A DNA stretch of 24,192 nucleotides from IMG/VR virus record IMGVR_UViG_3300008459_000388, positions 1 to 24,192 of that record. One strand, 5' to 3'. Made by a program: the position numbers and the translations under genes. The notes under the pieces are model-generated. The model was not told the origin of the DNA and did no database searches. It saw only the letters and a list, made by a program, of their open reading frames with translations. Positions 23,732 through 24,192 of the stretch are shown one piece after another (the first letter of the stretch is position 1; every line of letters starts with the position of its first letter). The DNA is from a virus. Lineage: Duplodnaviria > Caudoviricetes.

Positions 23732-24192
23732 ATGACCGAATCACGTTTGAAAAAATCTCTGAACGCAGGTGGACGCAATGATCGCGCAAGCGAGGACGCC
23801 AGTCGCGCCGCTCCAGAAACAAAGTTCGTAAGCTCACAGGAACGTCGAAAGATGTGGAGTGATGAATGGAACCAATCAGCACTGCCAAAAGTACCAGAGA
23901 TGCCGGGCTGGCACCTCATTTGGCTCTCAACCACCAACGCATACGACACCATTGATAAAAGGGTGCGACTTGGCTACATTCCCGTGAAAGCGGACGAAAT
24001 GGCTGGGTTCGACAACTACAAAGTCAAAGCTGGCGAACACGTTGGGTACATATCATGCAACGAGATGTTGCTGTTCAAATTGCCCATGGATGTCTACCAA
24101 GACGTTATGGCGCAACTGCACTTCGAAGCTCCCCAAGAAGAGGCGGACAAAGTCCGTGTTCAGCTTGAGAACCTTCAAGGTCAGCGTGACAG
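23732..24192 (+). CDS. Conserved head-module protein, truncated by the window edge
   Basis: Not in the track (no stop). AAGGA RBS; open to the window end: MTESRLKKSLNAGG...PGWHLIWLS...RLGYIPV...MLLFKLP. Confidence 0.7.
   Translation, partial: MTESRLKKSLNAGGRNDRASEDASRAAPETKFVSSQERRKMWSDEWNQSALPKVPEMPGWHLIWLSTTNAYDTIDKRVRLGYIPVKADEMAGFDNYKVKAGEHVGYISCNEMLLFKLPMDVYQDVMAQLHFEAPQEEADKVRVQLENLQGQRD

Noticed and set aside
14753-23952. Long antisense ORFs (e.g. 14753..15244, 17545..18168, 23443..23952)
   Set aside because: Shadow frames of well-supported plus-strand genes; no motifs or operon context.

Overview
About 24 kb of a tailed dsDNA phage genome. The gene content resembles uncultured freshwater podovirus-like phages; a proteobacterial host is an inference. 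Layout: (i) leftward early/recombination operon (truncated PD-(D/E)XK-type exonuclease, winged-helix protein, SSB-like protein, small ORFs); (ii) divergent control region at ~2210-2345 followed by a Cro/YdaS-like HTH gene, a candidate structured RNA, a DUF1376/YdaU-type replication initiator with an internal iteron-like origin, RusA, a Ref/HNH-like nuclease and an AT-rich HNH endonuclease; (iii) an island of small genes driven by repeated promoter/stem-loop cassettes; (iv) terS and terL, then two very large modular proteins (1654 and 879 aa) between terL and the portal, then portal, GroES-like co-chaperonin, probable scaffold and a truncated head-module gene. The most striking signals are a recurrent x-[A/K/G]-x-G-G-x-[V/I/L] motif at the apparent domain boundaries of the two large proteins (possible polyprotein-processing or head-targeting code), three copies of a TTAA-N7-TTAA/extended -10/hairpin cassette, and a three-way-junction RNA whose loop is complementary to the initiator's leader. 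All protein family calls come from recognised motifs, not database searches.
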